Assembly (NCBI GenBank): GCA_963817895.1
Contig: CAWFQB010000001.1
Location: 1,312,001 to 1,376,000 of the forward strand
Length of the DNA stretch: 64,000 nucleotides
Source: an uncultured Chthonomonadaceae bacterium
Lineage (GTDB): Bacteria; Armatimonadota; Chthonomonadetes; Chthonomonadales; Chthonomonadaceae
Direction: 5' to 3'
Of this stretch, positions 12,119 to 21,477 are shown one piece after another. The translations under genes and the position numbers were made by a program. Below the pieces are notes generated by a model that saw only the letters and a program-made list of their open reading frames with translations, was not told the DNA's origin and made no database searches. Numbering within the stretch: position 1 is the first letter of the stretch; each line of letters starts with the position of its first letter.

Positions 12119-12499
12119 ATGGATAGTGAACACAACAAACAGACGGTTCTGGACTTCTATGACCTCATGTTTAACCAGTGCCAGCCTGCCGAAGCCATCC
12201 AGAAGTATGCGGGCGATACCTACATTCAGCACAATCCAAGCGTTGCTGACGGCAAAGAAGCCTTCATCGCTTACTTCACGCGCATGGCGCGAGAGTATCC
12301 AGGGAAGCGCGTCCACTTCAAACGTGTCATCGCCGAGGGGAACTATGTAGTCCTTCACTGTCACCAGGAGTGGCCAGGCGATACGGACTGGGCAGGTATA
12401 GACATCTTCCGCTTAGACGAGAACGGAAAAGTCGTGGAGCATTGGGATGTGCTTCAGCCTGTGCCCCAACACTCCGAGAATCCAAACACCATGTTTTGA
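12119..12499 (+). CDS. SnoaL/NTF2-like protein
   Basis: [39 protein letters not shown]. Confidence 0.92.
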   Translation: MDSEHNKQTVLDFYDLMFNQCQPAEAIQKYAGDTYIQHNPSVADGKEAFIAYFTRMAREYPGKRVHFKRVIAEGNYVVLHCHQEWPGDTDWAGIDIFRLDENGKVVEHWDVLQPVPQHSENPNTMF

Positions 12500-12539
12500 G
12501 AATCTTATTGCGCTAGGCCTAAGGGAAGCTCACCGCCGG

Positions 12540-12814
12540 GTGCCCGATAAATAGAAAAAATAGTGTCACAGTGCGAGCAAAGTCACACTTTTCACATCGT
12601 CCCCTTTCGGGTACACTTGTGACCCATAACGTCCTTTTTGGGTCACAACGTTGTTCTGCTAAGCCGCTGCTTTTTCTTTACCTTGGTGCCAAAATGGCTT
12701 TATGTCAGCTTGTTCGCTTTAAAGCAGTGTCACATAACCTGCAAAATCCACCAAGAGAGTGCCCCTACTCTGATGAATCGTCAGGTAAGATAACGTCCTT
12801 TATCTTACCTGACG
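12540..12814. other. Cluster of dif-like (ATAA-N6-TTAT) sites and half-sites
   Basis: GTGACCCATAA-CGTCCT-TTTTGGGTCAC (12619-12646) and CGTCAGGTAAGATAA-CGTCCT-TTATCTTACCTGACG (12779-12814). Half-sites GTGCCCGATAA (12540), TTATGTCAGCT (12700), GTGTCACATAA (12727). Confidence 0.55.
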
Positions 12815-13247
12815 GAATTGCGTGGAAAATCGAACCCTTATCAGGTATTCACTGAAGCGGGTATATTTAGCACAGAGGTAAATATATCCGCTTCAATGAA
12901 CAAGATGACACAACTTCAAAAACTCGTCGCTTCTGCGAGAATCAATATTCAGATCGAGGCCAAGCCTCTGCGGTTTCCAGCCCGCTTGGCTCTGCGCGTC
13001 TGCGTCTTCTCCGGTTGTAGCGGCCTTCTTCCCACGATAGTAAGCAAGCCCGCAGGCCGGACGTTTTACTGGCGGTGACGGCTCCCACGCACAGAGCATT
13101 GAAAGCGACAGCGCAGGCCAGTTACGCCCGATGAGAACAGCCGCCGTTTTCGTGTACACGAACAAATTTTAAGTCGGGCGATGAGTGTAGCGTGGCGCTG
13201 GCAATGGTTTGAGAAAAGCGCTTCCAGCGAGGCAAAGTTTCTCTGCT

Positions 13248-13388
13248 TTAGGCTTTAGGCTTGTTCACGGCCTTCGGTATGCCCACTGTGCGTAGCGCCT
13301 CGTTCGCTTTTTCGACTTTTGCCTTGAACAAGACTTGCTCTTTGTACTGGTTCAACGATTGGTCTACCGCAACAATCGCGCTTTGCAT
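13248..13388 (-). CDS. 46-aa protein, likely partner of the DUF6934 gene (not in the ORF track)
   Basis: MQSAIVAVDQSLNQYKEQVLFKAKVEKANEALRTVGIPKAVNKPKA. Resembles small proteins I recall next to DUF6934 genes; start uncertain. Confidence 0.6.
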   Translation of the reverse strand: MQSAIVAVDQSLNQYKEQVLFKAKVEKANEALRTVGIPKAVNKPKA

Positions 13389-13418
13389 TGATCCCGTTCT
13401 TCGCTCTCTTGCATCCCT

Positions 13419-13862
13419 TCAACTCCTTCGCCTTACCAGGAAGGCTTCGTACTCCACGCCCTTCACAAAGATTTGCCACTCGCTGCCGCGCTGTCCATAA
13501 AGCTCGAAATCCTGTAAAATCTCTTCCAAATGCATCGTCAAGCCCATCCGATACAGTCGCGTTCGTGATTTCGTGCTTCCCGTTGCATAAATCCAGACAT
13601 TCGCGTACCGCTCCCTAAACACATAGACCGTTGCCGCAACCGTTGCCAGGACTTTCTGACTGTCGCCGTTGTTGGAAGTGACTCGGTCATCAATTTCTCC
13701 CGTTTCCATATTTTTGTCCCCAAAGCCGAGATTAGTGAACCCTCTGAGGTTGGTTTCCGAATACGGAACGATTTTGGGTATCGCGCCGTTTTGCCCCACG
13801 CTGGTAAACTCAAAAACCATCAGGGTTTCGTCAGACCTCAGTTCGTAGCGCGGCAAGATCAT
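13419..13862 (-). CDS. DUF6934-like protein
   Basis: FEFTSVG...NLGFGD...IDDRVTSNNGDSQKVLATV...GSTKSRTRLYRM; GGAGGAG RBS. Confidence 0.8.
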   Translation of the reverse strand: MILPRYELRSDETLMVFEFTSVGQNGAIPKIVPYSETNLRGFTNLGFGDKNMETGEIDDRVTSNNGDSQKVLATVAATVYVFRERYANVWIYATGSTKSRTRLYRMGLTMHLEEILQDFELYGQRGSEWQIFVKGVEYEAFLVRRRS

Positions 13863-13957
13863 GCCTCTTTCACTCCTCCACACGAATTATACTACACCCC
13901 CGCCGGACATCCCGCGCCTTTTCGTCCTGTTGCACAAGGTTACGTTTGCAATTCGGC

Positions 13958-13983
13958 GTAGGGGCAAATCCCCGTGTTTGCCC
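13958..13983 (+). repeat. GTAG-type REP element (single)
   Basis: GTAG followed by the palindrome GGGCAAATCCCCGTGTTTGCCC. Confidence 0.55.
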
Positions 13984-14667
13984 AAACTCCGCAAAAGCCC
14001 TCCCCGTTCCTCCCTCATCGCCAACCACAACCCTCCCGCAAAAAAATCGCAAAAAAGAGTTCAACAGCCAGAAAACAATGAACCCCATCCGTAAATAGTA
14101 CGTCTAAAAATAGTAGACGCAAATCTACTTAATCAACCAGGAGGCAGGCCGTTGACAGCGGTGAGTGTGGAGTTCCTCTCCACGCCACACGCGCAATGCC
14201 CAAATGCTCAACAATCTCACCCGGAAAGGAGGTGCCAGAAAGTATGCTTGGATACGCTCCCCGAGCGCCCTGAAAATAACGAGGTCACGACGCCTCTACC
14301 TAAAAACTAGACACAATGAGACTGAGTGCTGGAAGCGCTGCATTGCCAATATTTCGACGACGTCTCTACATAGCTCCCTTCTTTTTCAGCACACCGCCTT
14401 CCCCACCCTCCCCAAACTTCCTCCCCTGCGTTCGCCTGAGAAAGCGCGAGAGGTATAATGAATTTGGAAAGCCAGTCGGAATGTGTGGAGGCGCTTGCTG
14501 GATAAACGGCCTCCCAAGATGGTTTCCAATCCGAGAGATTGAGGGAAAGATGAACAGAACAGGGACGCTGCTGGCCGCGTTGGTTTTGGCGCTGAGGGCG
14601 TCGAGGGCGTCGGCTGCGCCTGCGGGTCGGGCAAACACCTTCTGGTATAAAGAAAGCAGACTTTGCT

Positions 14668-15877
14668 ATGAGCGAGTATCAGTATTACGAATTTCAGGCG
14701 GTCGATCAGGCCCTCACCCCCGCGCAAATGAGCGAGTTACGCGCTCTCCACCCGGGCGGTCATCACGCGCAATAGCTTTACGAACACCTACCACTACGGC
14801 GATTTTCGCGGCTCTCCGCGCAAGCTGATGAAATCCTACTTCGACGCCCACGTTTATGTCAGCAACTTTGGCAGCATGAACTTCATGCTGCGATTGCCCC
14901 AAACCGTTCTGCCGGAAACTGCGCTCCGTCTGTATGCCACCGGTGAGGGATTGGAATGGTGGGCGACCGACAAGCACACGATCCTTGAATGGCGATTGGA
15001 CAGCGAACCTGACGGCGATTGGACCGAGGGAGAACACTGGATGAGCCGACTTCTGCCTCTACGCGATGAACTGGTACGTGGAGACTATCGTTCGCTTTAT
15101 CTCGGCTGGCTCTCCTCCCTCCTGGACGGATCCCCGGAGGAAGACGAAGAGGACGACTATCTGGAGGACGAGGAGGAAGAAGAAGACTACGAAGAGGAAG
15201 CTGACGACAAGGATATCAGCGAGATAAGCGGGATGGAGCCTCCCGTTCCTGCCGGTCTTGGATCACTGACGGGGGCGCAGGTCGCCCTGACAGAGTTTCT
15301 TGGTATTGATAGCGACCTGCTTGCTGTTGCCGCAGAGGCAAGCCCTCATGCCCCGGCGAACGAGGACTCCGGCCAGAAAGTGGAATTATGGGTTGCTCAA
15401 CTGCCGGAGCAGGAGGTCCGGGCGATCATCGCGCGCCTTATTCACGGCGAAGGAAGCCGGATGGAGGCCGAGCTACAAAGCCGGTATTATCGTTCCCGCA
15501 ATGTGTCTACAATGAGTTCCGAGGCAAGAAGCGGCAGTACGCGACGGACTGCGAGTGACCTTCTGGCGAAGGCCGTGCAGAGGGCGCAGGAGCGCAAGCA
15601 GCAAGAGGTCGCAGCCCGCGAACGCAAGCGCCATGCACACCTCGCCGGAATTGTGCCGCGCTTTTCGGAACTGTGGTCAACGGTGAATACATTGGCAGAG
15701 GAACAAAAATCGTCATCTTACGACAAGATCGGCGCGTTGCTGGTGGATATGCGCGATGCCTATGCGCAAGCGGGTCGCCGCCCGGAATTCGACGTGGAAT
15801 TCGCGCGTTTTCTGGGGAAATACTCGCGCCGCACGGCACTGGTTCGCAAACTGAAAGAGGTTCGGCTCACTTCCTAG
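14668..15877 (+). CDS. Conserved hypothetical protein (MSEYQYYEF family) with an acidic tract; frameshift near 14745
   Basis: MSEYQYYEFQAVDQALTPAQMSEL joins, after a shift, STRAVITRNSFTNTYHYGDFRGSPRKLMKSYFDAHVY; RDELVRGDYRSLYLGWL; EPPVPAGLG. Confidence 0.75.
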
Positions 15878-16045
15878 AATTAAGAAGCACGATCTGACTC
15901 CCGTCCAAATTAAGGAATTATTGGTACAGGCCGACTTGAGAAACCTGACCAATAACCCTTGCGCCGGACTACGCCGGTGCAATTGTTCGACGGTAACACA
16001 GGCATCTGTATTAGTACAGATGCCTGTGTTGTCGTTATATTTGAT

Positions 16046-17269
16046 TTATACGATCTGCATGGGCATGAGGACGCAGAGATAGTCGGGTTCCAGAGGCGCG
16101 GCGGGTTCAGCTTCCACGCTTGCGCTGTTGCCGTCCTCGCCCTTGTCGGCGGGTTTGGGCGCGACGGGAACGGGGCGGAGAACGCCGGGTTTGAGCGGTT
16201 CGGTCAGTTCCAGCGTCAGCATACTGTCGGGGTCGAGAACGGCCAGCACGTCCAGCAGGTACTTGGCGTTGAACGCGATCTCCACATCATCGCCCTGCCG
16301 CGTGGCCTCGACCTCCTCATAAGCGTTGCCGACCATCTGGCTTTCCGCCGTCAGTACCAGCTTGTCATCCTCGCTGCGCAAAATCACGCGCTGCGCGTTT
16401 TCCCTTGCCACAATGCTGGCGCGGCGCACAGCCCGTAACAGCGGTGACGCCTGCACGGTCAGTTTCTTCTGGTACGTGGCGGGAATCACGCGCTGGTAGT
16501 TCGGGAACTGGCCTTCGATCAGACGGCTGACAATCTGCACCTGCTTTTCACCCGGCAGCACGAACTGCACCTGATTGTTGGAAAGCGTGACCCGCACATC
16601 CCCCTCGCCATCCCCCAACAACCGCGTCAGTTCATTCATGCAGCGCGAGGGAACGACCGCGTTTTGCGAACCCCGGCCGTCCTTTACTTTGGCCTCCTTC
16701 ACGGCAAGCCTGTGCGTGTCCGTTGCCACGAACTTCAGCGTTTCGCCGTCGAAGACCATATAGATGCCGGTCAGAATGGCGCGGGTTTCATCCGTAGACA
16801 CGGCAAAACTGGTGTGCCGGATCATCTCTTTCAATTGCGATTGGGGCAGGGAAAACGCAACCGCGTCGCGCACTTCCGGCAGTTTGGGATACTCTTCAGC
16901 CGGCAGTCCGAGGATTTTGTAATCCGAGCGGTCGCAGTGAACCCGAACCGTGTGGCTTTTATCAACCGAAAGCGCCACATCGCTTTTGTCGGACAGGTTG
17001 CCCAGCACTTCGGTCAGGGTTCGGGAAGGGGCCGTCAATGCGCCGCCCTCCTGAATTTGGGCGTTCACGCGGCACGAAATGCCCAATTCCAGATCGGTCG
17101 CGATCAGGCGCAGATAGTTGTCTTCGGCCTGCACCATGATGTGGCTGAGAATGGGCAGGGCGTTGCGTCCCGATACGGCGTGTCCCACCGTCTGTACGGC
17201 CTCGTACAAATCTTTGCGCGGGCAAACGGCTTTCAGGCTGGCGCCAGTGTCAATGGCAGTAGCGGTCAT
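16046..17269 (-). CDS. dnaN: DNA polymerase III beta sliding clamp
   Basis: LPILS, ATDLE, VSTDETRAILTG, ATDTHRL, SRLIEGQFPNY, AFNAKYLLD, LMPM. Confidence 0.98.
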   Translation of the reverse strand: MTATAIDTGASLKAVCPRKDLYEAVQTVGHAVSGRNALPILSHIMVQAEDNYLRLIATDLELGISCRVNAQIQEGGALTAPSRTLTEVLGNLSDKSDVALSVDKSHTVRVHCDRSDYKILGLPAEEYPKLPEVRDAVAFSLPQSQLKEMIRHTSFAVSTDETRAILTGIYMVFDGETLKFVATDTHRLAVKEAKVKDGRGSQNAVVPSRCMNELTRLLGDGEGDVRVTLSNNQVQFVLPGEKQVQIVSRLIEGQFPNYQRVIPATYQKKLTVQASPLLRAVRRASIVARENAQRVILRSEDDKLVLTAESQMVGNAYEEVEATRQGDDVEIAFNAKYLLDVLAVLDPDSMLTLELTEPLKPGVLRPVPVAPKPADKGEDGNSASVEAEPAAPLEPDYLCVLMPMQIV

Positions 17270-17509
17270 GGTAAATTCCTTATCGTTGAGAGTAGAAGAT
17301 TATGGGCAAAGCCAAATAGATGAAAATGGCAGGTGTGGAAAGCGCGTTCTTGCGCGTTCCAACCTGACGACGGCGCAAACCTGCAAAAAGTGTCGCAGCC
17401 AGATAAAGATTTTCAGATTCTTTTTATGGGCAGGCGTTCAAAACCAGATGGGCTTCAGCGTTCGCCAGTTATGTTATACTGGCTGTAGCGATGCACAGGA
17501 GGTGTTTTT

Positions 17510-18094
17510 ATGACTATCGCTTCACCGCCCCCGGCTTCCGCCCTGCTCACCTACGAGCAGTACATGGCGGAAGAAGAAATCGTTGCGCGGTATAACATCA
17601 TTGACGGAGTGCGAACCTTTATGCCCGGAGCAAATTGGCCTCACCAACGTATTGGCGGTAACATTGAAGAAGCATTCCGCATCTTTGAACGCGCAACCGG
17701 CACAGGGTACGCGCTGTCTGCGCCCTACGATGTTCTGATACGCCGCAGCCCACTTCGTACCCGTCAGCCCGATGTGTTGTTCATCAGCCATACGCGCTTG
17801 CAGCAGGGCGGGGGTATACCTCAACGCGGGCCTCTACAAGTTCCGCCTGAAATCGTGGTTGAAATTCTATCCGACAGCGACACGCGGCGCATGATTGGCG
17901 ATAAGTTGGCCGATTACGCGGCAATCGGCGTGGAAGAGGGCTGGCTTGCGCGTCCCGACGAGCGGACAGTGGAAGTCGTTCGTTTTACTGTTGGAGGGCC
18001 GGTTTCCGTCGCCACCTACGATGATACCCAAATCGCGCAGTCATTCACCTTTCCAAATCTCACTCTGGCTGTCGCTGACATATTTCGACCATGA
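17510..18094 (+). CDS. Uma2/DUF820-family PD-(D/E)xK protein
   Basis: HQRI, RQPDVLFI, PEIVVEILS, KLADYAAIGVEE. Confidence 0.9.
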   Translation: MTIASPPPASALLTYEQYMAEEEIVARYNIIDGVRTFMPGANWPHQRIGGNIEEAFRIFERATGTGYALSAPYDVLIRRSPLRTRQPDVLFISHTRLQQGGGIPQRGPLQVPPEIVVEILSDSDTRRMIGDKLADYAAIGVEEGWLARPDERTVEVVRFTVGGPVSVATYDDTQIAQSFTFPNLTLAVADIFRP

Positions 18095-18142
18095 TGTTGT
18101 CACGCCCGCATGTAATCACTGTATAGCGGAGGAGGAATCCAA

Positions 18143-18430
18143 ATGATTGACACAGTTCCAGACGTTTCCACACGGGCGCATGACATCTTATGAAAACATT
18201 TTGCGCAAGCAGATCGAGATGGAGGACAATATAGGCAAAAATCCTTTTGCTGGATCTGGAAACCGGCAACTACGAGATTAATGAAAGTGGCATCACTGCT
18301 AATAAACGCCTTCGGCAACGCCTGCCTGATGTTGTTCCGCAGTCACTCTATGCTTTTCGCATTGGGTATAACGCCGTTTATGCGATTGGCGGCACAATCA
18401 CGCGAACATATTCAAACAGCAAGCCTGATA
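18143..18430 (+). pseudogene. Small conserved hypothetical gene with two apparent +1 frameshifts
   Basis: Reconstructs to MIDTVPDVSTRAHDIYENILRKQIEMEDNIGKILLLDLETGNYEI...LYAFRIGYNAVYAIGG; GGAGGAGG RBS. End approximate. Confidence 0.6.
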
Positions 18431-18441
18431 AGGAGATTACA

Positions 18442-18699
18442 ATGACAACAACATTGACAGAGGCACGAGAGATTGTAAGTCGCCTGTCGTCTGCGGAGCA
18501 GTTGAAGTTGGCGGCGCTTATTTGCGAGCAGGTCAGCCGTGAAGCGGATAGCGCTCAGATACTGCAACAGTCCAGAAAGTCTCAAAGAAGAGCGGCACTC
18601 GCCCACTGCGATGCTGTTGCGGAACAGATACCCGGAGAGTTCGACTCGGCGGAAGACCTGCGGCGGATGCGCGAGGAGAGAACGGCCCAATGCCCGTGA
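18442..18699 (+). CDS. Putative antitoxin upstream of PIN toxin
   Basis: AAGGAG RBS; 85 aa ending FDSAEDLRRMREER; overlaps the PIN gene start. Confidence 0.65.
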   Translation: MTTTLTEAREIVSRLSSAEQLKLAALICEQVSREADSAQILQQSRKSQRRAALAHCDAVAEQIPGEFDSAEDLRRMREERTAQCP

Positions 18700-19126
18700 A
18701 TGAAACCTGCGTAGACGCCAGCCTGATTGTGAAACTCGCTTTGCGTGACGAAACCCTGCGCTTTCCAGCCCGCCGACTTATGGAGGATGTGATCGCTATG
18801 GACACAGACATGATTGCGCCTCCTATTTTTGAGAGTGAACTGGATGACATTGTACGAGGGCGCGTTTATGAGGGCAGGCTGACTCAGGCACAGGCTCAAC
18901 TTGCTTACGATGCGCTGGATGCTATTGAGGTAATCATTCTGAACCCGTCGGGGTTACGGCAACGCGCCCGCGAAATTGCTTCACAATTCAATCAGCGCGT
19001 GGTTTATGATTCCACATACGCCGCGCTGGCGCAACTTCGCGGCTGTGACTTCTGGACAGCGGATCGCGCCTTCTATGAAGCGGTTCGCGCCGATCTTTCG
19101 TCAAATACCTCGCGGATTATCCCTGA
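18690..19126 (+). CDS. PIN-domain (VapC-type) toxin; 3' frameshift near 19095
   Basis: CVDAS, ESE, VYDSTYAALA, FWTAD. The natural end FVKYLADYP* lies in another frame. Confidence 0.85.
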
Positions 19127-19137
19127 GCCGCGTAACG

Positions 19138-19198
19138 AACAGAAACGCAAAACGAACACGGACGCAGTTTAAATGCATCCGTGTTCGTTTGTTTGTTC
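19138..19198. repeat. Palindromic hairpin between convergent genes (possible bidirectional terminator)
   Basis: AAACGAACACGGACGCA...TGCATCCGTGTTCGTTT. Confidence 0.55.
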
Positions 19199-19206
19199 TT
19201 ACTACA

Positions 19207-20967
19207 TCAGGCATTTTTAAGTTGCTGGAAGTAGGCGAGGGCTTCTTCGAGCGTTTTCGCGCCTAAATCGCCTTCGCCGCGCTTGCGGACGCTGACCGTG
19301 CCGTTCTCAATGTCCTTGTCGCCTAAGATGAGCATGATCGGCACTTTTTGCAGCTCATTTTCGCGGATGCGCTTGCCCATCTTCTCGTTACGGGCATCCA
19401 CTTCCGCCCGGAAACCCGCCGCTTTCAACTGCGCGGCGATCTCCTGCGCTTTTTCCGCGTGGCGATCCGCAATGGGAATCAAGGCTATCTGCTGCGGGGC
19501 CAGCCAGAACGGGAATGCGCCCGCGTACTGCTCGATGAGAACGCCCAAAAACCGTTCCGTCGTCCCCGTCACCGCCCGGTGCAGCACGACCGGCGTTTGC
19601 CGATGCCCCTCCTCATCTATGTACTCGCAGCCCAACCGCGACGGCTGAATAAAGTCCACCTGTATCGTGGAAATCTGCCATTCCCGGCCCAAAGCGTCTT
19701 TGGCGAGAAAGTCGGCTTTCGGCCCGTAAAACGCCGCTTCGCCTGTCGCCTCGAAATACTCAACGCCGTTCGCGTTCATGGCGTTGCGCAGGGCGTCCTC
19801 GGCCTTGTTCCATTTCTCATCATCCCTCACGAACTTGCTTTCCGGGTTCTCATCCCGCAGCGACAGCCGGACGCGGTAATCGTTGAAGCCGTACCGTTCC
19901 AGCACTTCCCGTATCAGTTTCAACGCCAGCGCGAACTCGCTTTCAATCTGCGCTTCCGTGCAGAAGATATGACAGTCGTCCTGCGTTAAGGCGCGAACCC
20001 GCGTCAGGCCGCTCAATTCGCCGCTTTTCTCATAGCGGTACAGCGTGGCGAATTCGGCGTAGCGCAGGGGCAAATCCCGGTATGATTTTAGCCCGCCCAG
20101 ATTGTACAGCGTCATGTGGCTCGGGCAGTTCATCGGCTTCAAGCGATAGTTGATGCCCGCGTCTTTATCCTCCATCGGCGGGAACATGGCTTCCTTGTAG
20201 TTATCGTAATGCCCCGACTTCTTGTACAGGTCTTCGCGCACGAGATGCCCCGTCCAGACATGCTGATAGCCGTATCGCGTCTGCACTTCGCGCACATAAG
20301 ATTCCATCGTGTGCCGCAAAATCTCGCCCTTGGGCAAAAACAGCGGGATACCCGCGCCGATATGTTCCGCCGAAAACACGAACAGGCCCAACTCCCGTCC
20401 CAAAACGCGGTGGTCGCGCTTGCGGGCCTCCTCCAGACGGTTCAAGTAGGCGTCCAAATCCGCCTGCGACTGCCACGCCGTGCCGTACACCCGCGTCAGC
20501 ATCTTGTTCTTTTCGCTGCCGCGCCAGTACGCGCCCGCCGTGTGCAGCAGCTTGAAATGCTGCAACACTTTTGTGCTTGGAACGTGCGGGCCGCGACACA
20601 GATCAATCCAATCGCCCTGCCGATAGAACGAAATCTCCTCGCCTTCGGGCAAATCGTCAATCAGTTCCACTTTGTACGGCTGGTTCTGGCTCACCTCGAA
20701 ATCGCGGGCCAGCGGGCGCGGCATCACTTCCCGCGTAATCGCGAAGTCGCGTTTCGCCAGTTCGCGCATTTTGTCCTCGATGCGCGGCAAGTCTTCTTCA
20801 CGAATCGGTTCGGGCAAATCGAAGTCGTAATAAAACCCGTCTTCGATGGGCGGACCAATCGCATACTTTACGCCGGGAAACAGTTCGCCGATGGCCTGCG
20901 CCATCAGATGCGCCGTGCTGTGACGCACGTTGTACAAATCGCTGCCGGGAACACAAGAGTCGGACAT
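19207..20967 (-). CDS. thrS: Threonyl-tRNA synthetase (no N-terminal TGS domain)
   Basis: RHSTAHL, GFYYDF, DLCRGPH, RDHRVLG, KPMNCP, AAFYGPK, LHRA. Confidence 0.98.
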   Translation of the reverse strand: MSDSCVPGSDLYNVRHSTAHLMAQAIGELFPGVKYAIGPPIEDGFYYDFDLPEPIREEDLPRIEDKMRELAKRDFAITREVMPRPLARDFEVSQNQPYKVELIDDLPEGEEISFYRQGDWIDLCRGPHVPSTKVLQHFKLLHTAGAYWRGSEKNKMLTRVYGTAWQSQADLDAYLNRLEEARKRDHRVLGRELGLFVFSAEHIGAGIPLFLPKGEILRHTMESYVREVQTRYGYQHVWTGHLVREDLYKKSGHYDNYKEAMFPPMEDKDAGINYRLKPMNCPSHMTLYNLGGLKSYRDLPLRYAEFATLYRYEKSGELSGLTRVRALTQDDCHIFCTEAQIESEFALALKLIREVLERYGFNDYRVRLSLRDENPESKFVRDDEKWNKAEDALRNAMNANGVEYFEATGEAAFYGPKADFLAKDALGREWQISTIQVDFIQPSRLGCEYIDEEGHRQTPVVLHRAVTGTTERFLGVLIEQYAGAFPFWLAPQQIALIPIADRHAEKAQEIAAQLKAAGFRAEVDARNEKMGKRIRENELQKVPIMLILGDKDIENGTVSVRKRGEGDLGAKTLEEALAYFQQLKNA

Positions 20968-20980
20968 GTTAGTCTCCGTA

Positions 20981-21066
20981 GGAGGAATGTAGGAATATGG
21001 GAATATAGGAATATGGAATAGGAGAAGCCCCTCCTCATTCCTAATATTCCTACATTCCTACATTCC
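20981..21066. repeat. Palindromic short-tandem-repeat element (AGGAATRT-like units)
   Basis: aggaatgt-aggaatat... arm and its complement ...attcctacattcctacattcc, within the thrS 5' region. Confidence 0.8.
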
Positions 21067-21078
21067 ATCTTCCTTCTC

Positions 21079-21121
21079 AAAAAATTTGCCGCTTCCAATC
21101 CAAAAGATTGAAAGCGGCAAA
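21079..21121 (-). terminator. Intrinsic terminator-like hairpin upstream of thrS
   Basis: Minus strand TTTGCCGCTTTCAATC-TTTTG-GATTGGAAGCGGCAAA followed by TTTTTT. Confidence 0.7.
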
Positions 21122-21477
21122 GGTTGCGTGGCAGAGGTGAGAATAAGGAAAGAAGGGAAAAGAGGTCAGTTCCGAAATTGGGAGGGCTGAACGCTTAACG
21201 CTTGCGATTTCCTTTCTGGACGCAGCAAGCCGCAAGCGCGGCAGTATCAACCGACACTGGCGACGCCTCCTGAAACCGTAAGATTTTTGCGCGGACTGCT
21301 GCCATCTGCGTTCCGTTCCCCATTCTGCGCACCAAAATAGTGTTAGCCAACAGTATGCGCGAACCTGCCGGATTTGTCAAGACAAAAAGGGTGTTTTTCC
21401 TGCTCTCTTATGCAGTTTTCACCACCGGATACATTCTTGCCAGAGGTTGAACCCCCCCTGTCTCTATGGCCTGCGCC

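Noticed and set aside
12818..13165. ORFs 12818-13078 (+) and 12893-13165 (-)
   Set aside because: No RBS or family signal; mutually overlapping.
18247..18699. Single 150-aa fusion protein
   Set aside because: Joins the tail of a frameshifted gene to an antitoxin-like gene that has its own RBS and ATG at 18442.
21120..21330. Canonical T-box riboswitch for thrS
   Set aside because: No T-box sequence or specifier-loop motifs recognised.
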